In this document: piece by piece, positions 18,559 through 27,165 of the stretch | Layout: the number at the start of each line of letters is the position of its first letter | Numbering within the stretch: the stretch's first letter is position 1 | Origin: a virus | Taxonomy: Duplodnaviria > Heunggongvirae > Uroviricota > Caudoviricetes | DNA length: 64,000 nt | IMG/VR virus record: IMGVR_UViG_2721755711_000002 | Strand: one strand, 5' to 3' | Translations under genes and position numbers: made by a program | The notes under the pieces: generated by a model | The model's input: only the letters and a program-made list of their open reading frames with translations | What the model was told of the DNA's origin: nothing | The model's database searches: none

Positions 18559-19269
18559 TTACACCCTCCCCAGTGCCAGCGGTCTGTTGCTCTGACCATT
18601 AACCCCCTGATGCAGTCTGGCGTTTTTCCCGGCGATAAAACCGGCTGTAGCGGCAAACTCTGCACCCCGGCACGCTTTAGCTGTGCGCATATCCCCGTTG
18701 CGCAGCCCCTTAGTGCTGTGCAGGTTCTTTCTGTAAAGCTCAAGGCGGCTTTTTTCTTCCGGGGAGACGTCATACACCGCAATGACATCACGGGCACCAA
18801 AGACCCAGCCTTCGCAGAACTGGTCGCCACGGGCTACCCGCGTGGACGGACCACAACGTTTGCAGTGTTTATCCTGATATTTTTTACGTTCAGCCATCAT
18901 CTGACGGGAAAGCACATCAAACGCGTATGCCGCAATTTCCGGGCGGCTGTCAGGACCATAAAAACGAACGTAACGTTTGAGTGAACCAGAAGCCCGGTAT
19001 TCGCCGGATATGTAACACTCGACACCGAAGGCTTTACAGACCAGGTCACACAGGATGTGCATATAACGCGGCGGTGTACTGGCATCACTCGGCGCACCCG
19101 CGCTGGCAGCTTCCTGAATGTCGAACAATTCCGCGTCGTTTTCGCTGATGCCATGCTGGCGCATATAAGCCTGGGCTTTTGCAATAGCGTTAGCGGCTTC
19201 TTCCGGGCTTGATGTTCCTCTGGCAAGGCGTAACAGTTTTTTGATTTTGGCAATGTATTTATCTTTCAT
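18559..19269 (-). CDS. Mu-like early protein (DUF2786-like)
   Basis: 236 aa; N-terminal KIKKLLRLARGTSSPEEAANAIAKAQAYMRQHGI motif. Confidence 0.45.
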   Translation of the reverse strand: MKDKYIAKIKKLLRLARGTSSPEEAANAIAKAQAYMRQHGISENDAELFDIQEAASAGAPSDASTPPRYMHILCDLVCKAFGVECYISGEYRASGSLKRYVRFYGPDSRPEIAAYAFDVLSRQMMAERKKYQDKHCKRCGPSTRVARGDQFCEGWVFGARDVIAVYDVSPEEKSRLELYRKNLHSTKGLRNGDMRTAKACRGAEFAATAGFIAGKNARLHQGVNGQSNRPLALGRV

Positions 19270-19480
19270 GGTCGTCTGAACCTCAGCATCCTGAATTCTG
19301 AATTACGCAACTTCCGGCACGGCCTTCAGGAACGTGGGGAGTTCGTTCTGGCTGCGGTACTGAATGAACATCTGCTGTCGATTGAGAACTGGTCGCAAGA
19401 CGATTAAAACAAACGATTGTCAGATTAATTTCGCGGGCGAACTTTTTTTGCTTAGCGATATTCATAAATAAACTCTCTCT

Positions 19481-19516
19481 GATTCAGGCGTAAGCCAGCC
19501 CCGGCGGGTTTACGCC
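19481..19516 (-). repeat. conserved hairpin motif, copy 1 (hairpin then CGCCTGAAT then SD then start codon on minus strand)
   Basis: GATTCAGGCGTAAGCCAGCCCCGGCGGGTTTACGCC; near-identical to copy 3 and related to copy 2; about 20 nt upstream of the start of ORF 19283..19465. Confidence 0.6.
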
Positions 19517-19545
19517 ATATACAAATAAAATTAAAAACAGACTTA

Positions 19546-20091
19546 TTAACTACGACGTTCAGTTTTCCGGTAATGGCGGTCAACAGATTTAACGAACGCC
19601 TTCACATCACGGGAAATCGAATCCAGCGGATAATATTTATCCAGCAGTTCCATTCCGCTGAATCGAATCTGAAAAAAATCAGGCTTATCTTTATATGACT
19701 CCATCAGGTCAATAAACCGCAGCTGACGCGGGAGGGATTCCTGCACGCCTGAAATAGTGAGCAAATCATCTTCAAGGATATATGCGAGGTCTTCCATATC
19801 CTTACAGTCAGACATCATGGATATTCTTGTCAGTATGTTCCGTGTGGCGATATACAGCGCGGCTGTGTCATTCGCCATCATGGCGAACAAATCCCCCTGA
19901 ATATAAGCCCCCTTACTGGCCATAGCATTCCCGGCAATCTGCGCATCAAGTACCACATACATAAAATCGCCAGGTGCACCCAGATGGCCCAGCAATGATG
20001 ACGCCCATAACGTTACATTGGTTAACTTCCCAGATGAACGGACAGCAAAACCTTCAGGAGTAACAATAAATTCCCAGACTTTATCTTTCAT
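19546..20091 (-). CDS. hypothetical accessory protein
   Basis: 181 aa from ATG 20091 (SD AAGGGGA); preceded by hairpin motif copy 2; no recognisable catalytic motif. Confidence 0.45.
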   Translation of the reverse strand: MKDKVWEFIVTPEGFAVRSSGKLTNVTLWASSLLGHLGAPGDFMYVVLDAQIAGNAMASKGAYIQGDLFAMMANDTAALYIATRNILTRISMMSDCKDMEDLAYILEDDLLTISGVQESLPRQLRFIDLMESYKDKPDFFQIRFSGMELLDKYYPLDSISRDVKAFVKSVDRHYRKTERRS

Positions 20092-20105
20092 ATACAAATC
20101 CCCTT

Positions 20106-20135
20106 AATTCAGGCGCAGACCTGTTTACCTGCGCC
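20106..20135 (-). repeat. conserved hairpin motif, copy 2
   Basis: AATTCAGGCGCAGACCTGTTTACCTGCGCC; 7 bp stem GGCGCAG/CTGCGCC, followed on the minus strand by TGAAT, SD and ATG of gene 19546..20091. Confidence 0.55.
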
Positions 20136-20155
20136 ATAAAAAAACGAAGTCAGAG

Positions 20156-20548
20156 TTAAAAATCGAAGACGTCAGTTAATTCCCGCTTCAGTGAAACGCA
20201 CTCAGAATAAAAGCCCTCGCTCTCACCGCACCATCTGACGACTACACAGCCTTTTGATGTGCCGAACTTAAAGAAACTCCATGTCTGATGACCTTCCCCA
20301 ACATCACATTCTTCGGTAACCACTTCAGCCTCTGTCAGCGGTTCATCTTTCAGGTCGTCAAGGTCTCCGACGATGTCCTCAATCCAGACTTTTTCGCAGC
20401 CTTCCTGAAAGTGGAAAAATGTAAACACGGTTCCCCATACTCCCCGGGAATAATCACCACGAAAAACAAGTTCATCGTTTTCATTCTTAACTACTTCTTT
20501 AAATGTACGCCCGAGCATTTCATTGATAACGGTAACACTCATTTTCAT
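20156..20548 (-). CDS. hypothetical Cys-rich accessory protein
   Basis: 130 aa; preceded by hairpin motif copy 3 and GGAG SD. Confidence 0.45.
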   Translation of the reverse strand: MKMSVTVINEMLGRTFKEVVKNENDELVFRGDYSRGVWGTVFTFFHFQEGCEKVWIEDIVGDLDDLKDEPLTEAEVVTEECDVGEGHQTWSFFKFGTSKGCVVVRWCGESEGFYSECVSLKRELTDVFDF

Positions 20549-20555
20549 TTCTCCA

Positions 20556-20593
20556 GATTCAGGCGTAAGTCAGCCCCGGCTGGTTTACGCCTG
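20556..20593 (-). repeat. conserved hairpin motif, copy 3
   Basis: GATTCAGGCGTAAGTCAGCCCCGGCTGGTTTACGCCTG; 9 bp outer stem with inner GC-rich stem; followed on the plus strand by a T-run. Confidence 0.6.
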
Positions 20594-20622
20594 TTTTAAA
20601 TAACAATTAAAAACAAATTAAA

Positions 20623-20814
20623 TTAATGCGGTGCTTTCAGTGTTTCGACTTTTACGAAATAAGGCTCGACATTAATTTCAACCACACAACCACATTTAAA
20701 ATCTCTGGCAGGTGAAACGGTTTTCACCACACGACCACCACGCAACGCCGGATGTGCAGTGTGCATGAAGCGAGTCCCTACCGGATACTGCTTATTAAAG
20801 TTCTTCGCATTCAT
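20623..20814 (-). CDS. hypothetical small protein
   Basis: 63 aa ORF followed on the minus strand by hairpin motif copy 3. Confidence 0.3.
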   Translation of the reverse strand: MNAKNFNKQYPVGTRFMHTAHPALRGGRVVKTVSPARDFKCGCVVEINVEPYFVKVETLKAPH

Positions 20815-21028
20815 GGCGTGGCCTCCAGCCCTTCAGGTGAGCGTTAGCGCAGAACTCCGCACGATGTTCAGCCCAGATGCGGCGCAGGGTGCTACACGGG
20901 CTTTGTGCTGCCTTACGCCACAGCTTTTCAGCCTCGGCATAATCACCGCGCTGTTCAGCTCTTGACGCTCCCAGTGAATACGCCGCGCAACGGTTCCCGG
21001 CTCTGTACTCTTTGATATCCTGATGCAT
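20795..21028 (-). CDS. hypothetical small protein
   Basis: About 77 aa from ATG 21028, 1 nt after the stop of the upstream gene. Confidence 0.3.
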   Translation of the reverse strand: MHQDIKEYRAGNRCAAYSLGASRAEQRGDYAEAEKLWRKAAQSPCSTLRRIWAEHRAEFCANAHLKGWRPRHECEEL

Positions 21029-21029
21029 G

Positions 21030-21674
21030 TTAAACCCCTGCAATATCAAGCGGGATTGCGCGATATTCGTCAGAATCGCCGACGCGCTCATACACACGAA
21101 TATAGCTCTTGCTGCCAATCACCTGGACGGCTTCACCAATCAGCGTCATTGCGTTATTCCAGCGTTCGTCCTCAATTTCAAGGCGACGCAAGGCCAGAAC
21201 GCGCCCGGTGTTAATGTTGCCTTCCTTGTCCGTGCTGAATGCCTCGCTGATGATGGCTTTGATTTCAGGGCGTGCACCTTCCGTCCAGTCAGCCAGGCAA
21301 TCATCAATCAGCGACTTCGCGGTCTGAATGCGTTCATCAAACGCGATACGGTCCTGCATGGCGCGCTGAATCTTGTAACGCCCGTCAAAGCTGTAAAGCG
21401 TGATATTGCCTTTTTTGCCACCTTTCACTGCGCCGTATTTCTCCGCCGACAGGTCAATAAACGCCTGAATATCACCAAAGGCACGTAGTTTCAGTTCACG
21501 CAGTGAGGCGGAGGCAGCAATCACCAGTTCCACAATCTCACCGACCAGCTGCTCGCGGTCGCGGTCAATATCTTTGATAAGGCTTTCAGGTGTCATTACG
21601 CCACGGGCATCCACCCAGTAACCTTCAGGCGCTTGAGTTTTCGTGTATTGCTTAACTTTATTTTCAGTCGTCAT
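21030..21674 (-). CDS. Mu-like early protein (DUF3164-like)
   Basis: 214 aa ORF in the semi-essential early region downstream of B. Confidence 0.5.
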   Translation of the reverse strand: MTTENKVKQYTKTQAPEGYWVDARGVMTPESLIKDIDRDREQLVGEIVELVIAASASLRELKLRAFGDIQAFIDLSAEKYGAVKGGKKGNITLYSFDGRYKIQRAMQDRIAFDERIQTAKSLIDDCLADWTEGARPEIKAIISEAFSTDKEGNINTGRVLALRRLEIEDERWNNAMTLIGEAVQVIGSKSYIRVYERVGDSDEYRAIPLDIAGV

Positions 21675-21703
21675 AATTAAATTACCTCAGTGATATTTAC
21701 AGA

Positions 21704-21919
21704 TTAATTTGTGTTATGTGCGCGAGGCGCAACGTTTTCAGAAAAAATATTCACGCCGTTGTAGTCATTTCTCAGTGCTTCCTTGATAACATCATGTAAT
21801 CCTGTTGCCACCTGAAGCTCCCTTTTGGAAGCGCCATCCTTCGAATAACTCCCTGTAATCCGGGTAAAAGTCGCGCCTTTTTCATTGGTATAGATAATTA
21901 CTTCTAATTTAACCGCCAT
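21704..21919 (-). CDS. hypothetical small early protein
   Basis: 71 aa ORF with plausible spacing to neighbours. Confidence 0.3.
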   Translation of the reverse strand: MAVKLEVIIYTNEKGATFTRITGSYSKDGASKRELQVATGLHDVIKEALRNDYNGVNIFSENVAPRAHNTN

Positions 21920-21931
21920 TCTGATTTCCTC

Positions 21932-22171
21932 TCATTGCCATACGACGGTGCAGCCGTCGATACAGGATGTTTTCACCACGCGGCGCAGGCCGCTGAATGT
22001 CTGGATGATTTCCGTTACCGGCCATACAGGACCACCCACAGGCGGGCAGGCATAAACCACAGGTAAACGGTGATGTTGCCCCGTTACACGACCGCCGGTG
22101 GTGTGGATGGCCACACGGGCACGGGAACGGACGGCATTAATGGTCTGCTTTTCCATCATTTTGTTCTCCAT
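21932..22171 (-). CDS. hypothetical small early protein (Kil-position)
   Basis: 79 aa ORF immediately downstream of the B-like gene, where Mu carries kil. Confidence 0.3.
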   Translation of the reverse strand: MENKMMEKQTINAVRSRARVAIHTTGGRVTGQHHRLPVVYACPPVGGPVWPVTEIIQTFSGLRRVVKTSCIDGCTVVWQ

Positions 22172-23064
22172 CAGTGAATTAACATTTCTGAATATTTATC
22201 AATGGCCTGCACACTGACCGGTGCATCGCTGATATCACAAATCCGGTACACACCACGCGCCAGCTTGAACAGACGACGGGCATTACCCAGCGAACGTGTG
22301 TAAAGTGCCTCACCAATTTCCGGGTCCGCCGCTTCCGGCATCATGTCTGTGGCAATCTTGTTAAAATCTTCCTGCGTCAGCGTATCGCCCAGGTTAAGCG
22401 CCAGCGCCACGCGGCTGTATAATTGAGCGAACTCACCACAACGGCCCTTAAGGTTAATCAGAAGGTGAGGCATACCCGCCAGGACAATCCCGATACCCGC
22501 TTTGTCATGCAGACGGCGCAATACCTCCAGTGCACGATAGGGGAGCAGTTCAGCCTCATCCACCATCAGCAGACGACCTGACCCACGCAGTTCACGCACA
22601 CAGGCATCAATCTTCTCGCGAATATCGCCGTGAACCTTTATGCCCAACTGGCGGCACAGTTCATCGAGTAACTTTCTGGCCGTATAGCCAATATCGGCTT
22701 CAATGAGCACTACATCCCGGTTTCTGGCGGCATATTCACTCAGAATCATGCTTTTACCCAGGCCCGCCGCGCCATACAGAACGCAAATATCACACTCCAG
22801 ATGGGCGTAGGTCAGTACTTCCAGCCCTTTGGCAGCCATGCCGGTGGTGACAAATCGCACTTTAATACGGCGGTTGTTTTCCTTTTCCCATTCACGGGTC
22901 ACAAAGGCAGAAATGCGTTCTTCAATATCAGCCATATCGCCCTGATATTTGCCCTGCAAATACTGGTTGATAACAGCGCTGCTACGACCAATAGCACGGG
23001 CAACGTGGGTCTGCGTAAAGCCGCGACGGGCCATTACGTCATTTAATTGCGTAATTAAACTCAT
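22171..23064 (-). CDS. Mu B-like transposition target-capture ATPase (AAA+)
   Basis: 297 aa; N-terminal HTH-like segment followed by Walker A LYGAAGLGKS; directly downstream of the MuA-like gene. Confidence 0.8.
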   Translation of the reverse strand: MSLITQLNDVMARRGFTQTHVARAIGRSSAVINQYLQGKYQGDMADIEERISAFVTREWEKENNRRIKVRFVTTGMAAKGLEVLTYAHLECDICVLYGAAGLGKSMILSEYAARNRDVVLIEADIGYTARKLLDELCRQLGIKVHGDIREKIDACVRELRGSGRLLMVDEAELLPYRALEVLRRLHDKAGIGIVLAGMPHLLINLKGRCGEFAQLYSRVALALNLGDTLTQEDFNKIATDMMPEAADPEIGEALYTRSLGNARRLFKLARGVYRICDISDAPVSVQAIDKYSEMLIH

Positions 23065-23082
23065 AATTAAATACCTTTTAAA

Positions 23083-25125
23083 TTAACGATTATTTGTGCC
23101 GTTTTTCTTTAAATTGCGCTCACGGTCAGACACGAATAAATAAAGTTCTTCTTTTTCCTTTTTCTCCTGGCGTTCCAGTCCATATCCCAGATTAAACTCA
23201 GGTTTCTGCGTAATAGCCGGGGTAAGTTCGCGTTTAGCCTCTTCGATTTTCTGCGTGGCCCGTGCAATGCGGCCTCGGGCGCGTTTCTCCTGCTGCTGTT
23301 CGATAACGGCTTTCGGGAACGCATCGACCTTGTTACCGTTCCAGATGGCATCGCAGATATAAGAACCGTCCATTCGCCTGACAATCACGCTGTTTGCGTC
23401 GTGAATGTCGTAACAAACCCTGACTTCATTTCCGTGCTCTGCTGCCAGTTCTGTGGAGAAATAGATGTTTCTGAATAACACCACTTCACCGCGTCGCACC
23501 GTGCAGATGCTTTCCGGTCGGAACATTTCATGCAGTTCTTCCGGCGACAGCATGTCGATTTCAGCCTTTTGCTCTTTTATCAGTTTCCGGCGATACGCTG
23601 CCGGGCTGTAATGTTCGCCATCCTCTTTGCGGGGAAGGCTGCTGTGTGGTCGGTTGTTATACCGTTTCACCTCCAGCTCTATTGCGGCCAGCAGTTGCTC
23701 AAAGGTGGGGACTTCTCCCATCGCTTTAACCTGCCGTTTTGTCAGCTCTTTCCCTTTGTGGGTGGCCTTAATGGCTGACTGTGTGATGCGTTGCTGCATC
23801 ATCACCGTTTCCTTGTCTGCATTTTTTGAGCAGTACGTCTGGAAACTCAGGGCCACATCTTTGGGTATTCCTTTGTTTGCCCGTTCTATTACCCCGCGCC
23901 CCTGCGGGTTACCAGGTATCCCCGTGTGATGCTCCACACCCAGTCGGGGCAGAATCCCGGTAATATCGGCATCAAGCACCCGGTTTTTTTCACCGCCCCC
24001 GTTATCGGAGTAATAAATCAGCGGTATTCCGTGTTGTGACATGCCATGACGCAATGCATCAGCAACGGCTATCACGTTCTCCGACAGGGACAGCGACCAG
24101 CCCACAATAAAGCGTTGCCCCGCATCCATAACCAGCGTCACTTCTGGCCGGAATGTATTCCCGGTGGCGGGGCTGAATGCCATCAGTTTCATACAGTGAC
24201 CATCCCCGACCCATACCGCATTAACCGGTAATGTGCTCCAGTCGCGCCGCACAAAGGGATTGAGCGAACGCCAGGCTGAACCGGTGGAGCGGAAACGCTC
24301 CTTCACAATCACCGGGACGTTGCTTAACACCCGTCTTACTGCGTGAACTGAAGGCAGTGCTGCCAGCATTCCTGCGTCATTCGCGTGCTTTTCATGCCAC
24401 CAGGCTGAAAACTCGCGATACGCATATTCAACGGTCGGGCGCTTCCATGAGCGATAGAACATAAAGAAATCGCTCAACCACCAGACCTGCTCCCACGGTG
24501 TTCCCTTATGATGACCGGGAGCCAGTAACGCCAGTAACTGATTGGCATCACCGCGCGCCATCAACCAGGCGGAATACCATTCCTGCAAACTTCCCCAACT
24601 GACGCCAGTTCGCTTACCCTGTCTGGCGTTTGCAGTGCCTGCGGCCTCAATAATGCGGTCAGGTAACGCCCCCATGCGCACACCATCAATGATGTGTTTT
24701 ACTGCTGCCGTCCTGGACATTCCTGCGTATTCACGCAGTTTATGCACTTCGGTAGCCAGCAATATCCGCGCATCAGCGATGGCCTTTTGCTTGTCGGTCA
24801 GTGCCTGAACTTCGCGTAATGCCAGTTCCGGGCATTTGACCATCACTTCCAGTTCATCGCGAACGGTGACGTTTTTAACTGCCTTCTGCTCAACCACGGC
24901 GGGCAGTTGCGCATCTTCCAGAACCTGATGAGTCAGGCGCTTACGTAAAACTTTCTGCGCTTCAGTGGGCAGGCAGTCGATGTGATACTCGAATGCTTTG
25001 GTGCCTTCACGCTTGCGCTTCCATTCCGGGTGCGTCTCTGTGATCCGATTGAGCGTCCAGCGCACCCCCTGAACTGTACCGGGCAAACCAGGAAGACCGG
25101 CCAGCTCATTGGCTGAATAAAACAT
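23083..25125 (-). CDS. Mu-type DDE transposase (MuA-like)
   Basis: 680 aa ORF between ner-like and B-like genes; size and organisation as Mu A. Confidence 0.8.
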   Translation of the reverse strand: MFYSANELAGLPGLPGTVQGVRWTLNRITETHPEWKRKREGTKAFEYHIDCLPTEAQKVLRKRLTHQVLEDAQLPAVVEQKAVKNVTVRDELEVMVKCPELALREVQALTDKQKAIADARILLATEVHKLREYAGMSRTAAVKHIIDGVRMGALPDRIIEAAGTANARQGKRTGVSWGSLQEWYSAWLMARGDANQLLALLAPGHHKGTPWEQVWWLSDFFMFYRSWKRPTVEYAYREFSAWWHEKHANDAGMLAALPSVHAVRRVLSNVPVIVKERFRSTGSAWRSLNPFVRRDWSTLPVNAVWVGDGHCMKLMAFSPATGNTFRPEVTLVMDAGQRFIVGWSLSLSENVIAVADALRHGMSQHGIPLIYYSDNGGGEKNRVLDADITGILPRLGVEHHTGIPGNPQGRGVIERANKGIPKDVALSFQTYCSKNADKETVMMQQRITQSAIKATHKGKELTKRQVKAMGEVPTFEQLLAAIELEVKRYNNRPHSSLPRKEDGEHYSPAAYRRKLIKEQKAEIDMLSPEELHEMFRPESICTVRRGEVVLFRNIYFSTELAAEHGNEVRVCYDIHDANSVIVRRMDGSYICDAIWNGNKVDAFPKAVIEQQQEKRARGRIARATQKIEEAKRELTPAITQKPEFNLGYGLERQEKKEKEELYLFVSDRERNLKKNGTNNR

Positions 25126-25361
25126 TACGCCGCCTTACTGGCATACCGGCTTGGCCAGATCTCCGCAGGTTCCACACCAATAGCATCGGCTATGATGCGT
25201 TCATATTTAGGGCATGAGCGATACAGTGCATTTTTTAAAGAGTCTTTTTTTAGACCAGCGCGTTCAGAAAGTTCACGCAATGTAAAACCTTTGGTGTGCA
25301 CAGCGGCAACGATGTACTCGCGGTGCCAGTCTTTGTTCATTACTTCATTTCTAACCATCAT
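25125..25361 (-). CDS. ner: Ner-like DNA-binding regulator
   Basis: About 78 aa from internal ATG; C-terminal ...IADAIGVEPAEIWPSRY... closely resembles remembered Mu Ner (...ANALETKPEVIWPSRY...). Confidence 0.7.
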   Translation of the reverse strand: MMVRNEVMNKDWHREYIVAAVHTKGFTLRELSERAGLKKDSLKNALYRSCPKYERIIADAIGVEPAEIWPSRYASKAA

Positions 25362-25543
25362 TAGGTTACCCTTAAAAGTTATCCGTGCGGATAACACCGC
25401 CGTGTTATCCCTTCGGATATAAGTATTGATCCATATGTAACCCATGTAAAGCAAAAATAGCCTTTTCTTTGTATTTTCTTTTTGCTTTTGGTCTTTATAT
25501 GGTTTTGTGATTGAAAATCAATTGGTTAAATAGGAAAGGAAAA
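25362..25543. promoter_or_regulatory. divergent early/repressor promoter-operator region
   Basis: AT-rich intergenic region between divergently transcribed ner-like and repressor genes, analogous to the Mu Pe/Pc operator region; no motif-level assignment made. Confidence 0.4.
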
Positions 25544-26191
25544 ATGACAAAAAATGATGACGCTTTTTCTTTAGTTGACCGAGGAAAAGAAAGTTTTAGA
25601 GAGCGTTTAGTAAAACTAATAGGTGGGCGCAGTGTCAGAACTGCCGCGAGCGACTGGGGTATCCCTCCTTCAACCTTAAACAACTACATCCATAAAGGAA
25701 CAGAACCCTCTTTTAAAATAGCCTGCCTTATCTCAGATAAAGAGCGGGTGAGTTTAAATTGGCTCGCTTATGGTGAGGAACTCACCGCCACAGCAAACTC
25801 TTTATCAAACCAAACAGCGCAGCCTTCTCCCGATATTACAAACGAGCTAGCTAACGAGTTATTGAAAAGAGCGTCCACAGAAGATAAAGAACTATTGATA
25901 AATGCAATATGTGATATGGGTATCAAAGGAATCCTAAAACGTCTGCAACAACCCACTAGGCAAGCGAAACAAGCCGCTAACACGCTGGAGGAGCAAGAGA
26001 ATGCTATCCAAAGTCTGAATATCAGGAAATCACTTAAGGATGCAATCCGAGTAGCATTACATGGAAACGAAGATACTGACAGAGAGATTTTGCGAATTGT
26101 TGAATCTCATATACGACCACAATCGCCGGGTGATCAGACCGATGTCACACCGGAGCAAGAAACAAAATCTGTAAGTAAAAAATCAGCATGA
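25544..26191 (+). CDS. prophage repressor (HTH, XRE/CI-like)
   Basis: 215 aa from ATG 25544 (SD AGGAAAGGAAAA); N-terminal HTH-like segment (...RTAASDWGIPPSTLNNYIHKG...VSLNWLAYGE); divergent from ner-like gene. Confidence 0.55.
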   Translation: MTKNDDAFSLVDRGKESFRERLVKLIGGRSVRTAASDWGIPPSTLNNYIHKGTEPSFKIACLISDKERVSLNWLAYGEELTATANSLSNQTAQPSPDITNELANELLKRASTEDKELLINAICDMGIKGILKRLQQPTRQAKQAANTLEEQENAIQSLNIRKSLKDAIRVALHGNEDTDREILRIVESHIRPQSPGDQTDVTPEQETKSVSKKSA

Positions 26192-26479
26192 ACGCCTCGT
26201 TTTGGCGGGGCGCATGCTGCTAACTAATCAGCAACAACCACATCAAAACAAAACCAAACAGGAAAAATAAGGAAACGGGTACAGATAAAGCCCGTTTTAA
26301 AAGCATTTAAAACACGATCAATTATCTGCCATTAATGATTAAAACAGTCCAGATTTGAGCGCAAAAAAATGTACTTTTGATCATTTTCTTCAAAACGATC
26401 CAGAATCGGTAAAATCTCTCACATCCTGCGCCACTCAAGGCTTATAGGCTCGTCCAGGCTGTTCTCACTCAGTCCAGAA

Positions 26480-26755
26480 TTGATCACTACCCCACAGGTA
26501 ACAGAAGACGGTCGTCATGTTGAGGAAGTGCATGTCCTGGGGGATATGTACCGCCTGGAGTTCTATCCGCGTAACACTCATCTTGCAGCGAAGATTGAGT
26601 ATTGCCGGGACGGGAATATTCCGTGCATTCCTGTAGAAAAAGAGGATGAAGCCTACATCATCACACTGAACGGTGACACGGCGCGTTGTATCTGTCGTGG
26701 CGACAGTGAAGCCCGGAATGAAATAGCAAGATGTCGCGCCCATACAGATAAATAA
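26480..26755 (+). CDS. hypothetical ORF, possibly a 3' gene fragment truncated by the Mu-like insertion
   Basis: ORF begins only with a TTG call immediately outside the Mu-like end, without a convincing SD; followed by a strong terminator. Confidence 0.25.
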   Translation: MITTPQVTEDGRHVEEVHVLGDMYRLEFYPRNTHLAAKIEYCRDGNIPCIPVEKEDEAYIITLNGDTARCICRGDSEARNEIARCRAHTDK

Positions 26756-26764
26756 AAAGCAAAA

Positions 26765-26795
26765 ACCCCGGCTGCGGGAACAGTTCGGGGTTTTC
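26765..26795 (+). terminator. rho-independent terminator
   Basis: CCCCGGCTGCGGGAACAGTTCGGGG stem-loop followed by TTTT. Confidence 0.5.
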
Positions 26796-26826
26796 TGTTT
26801 CTGACCTTGAGTAAGCAAGGGAGAAC

Positions 26827-27009
26827 ATGGAGAAGTATAAACGAATTCTGTTTAGGTTGACTATGAAAAACGGCCTTGAATTGAAAGCGCCTGTAACTGA
26901 TGACATCAGCAGAGCGGTGGCTTTTGCCATTAAGTGGGTGGCTGTCGGTATCGCTGTGTCTCCGATTCTGTATGGGATGGCAAAATTGATCATTGCTGTG
27001 AAATCGTAA
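26827..27009 (+). CDS. small C-terminally membrane-anchored protein
   Basis: 60 aa; strong SD AAGGGAGA; C-terminal hydrophobic helix. Confidence 0.4.
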   Translation: MEKYKRILFRLTMKNGLELKAPVTDDISRAVAFAIKWVAVGIAVSPILYGMAKLIIAVKS

Positions 27010-27027
27010 GTGGGGCAGGGGTAAATA

Positions 27028-27161
27028 TGTCAGATAGCATTATAAAACTGGCGCGAATTCTCTGTGTGGTTGTTGGCCTTTCATTTTCAGCAATGTTGGT
27101 TGCCATTTTCATTTCCACCGCCTGGCGAGTATTGAGCTTATCCGGATTGATTGGTGGATAG
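27028..27161 (+). CDS. small hydrophobic membrane peptide
   Basis: 44 aa, almost entirely one transmembrane helix; SD-like GGGG upstream. Confidence 0.3.
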
Positions 27162-27165
27162 TGAG

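Larger units (their letters stand above)
1..26423 (-). mobile_element. Mu-like transposable prophage, partial (left end near 26400; tail genes continue beyond window start)
   Basis: Gene order on minus strand matches Mu: repressor / ner / A transposase / B / accessory genes / Mor-C activator / lysis / terminase / portal / F / G / I / T / gp36 / gp37 / sheath / tube. Exact left terminus not resolved; candidate CA termini at 26402 and 26423. Confidence 0.6.

Noticed and set aside
26195-26480. tRNA gene or integrase attachment site at the prophage boundary
   Set aside because: No cloverleaf-like sequence or integrase gene recognised; the boundary is better explained by a Mu-type transposition end, which does not use tRNA att sites.
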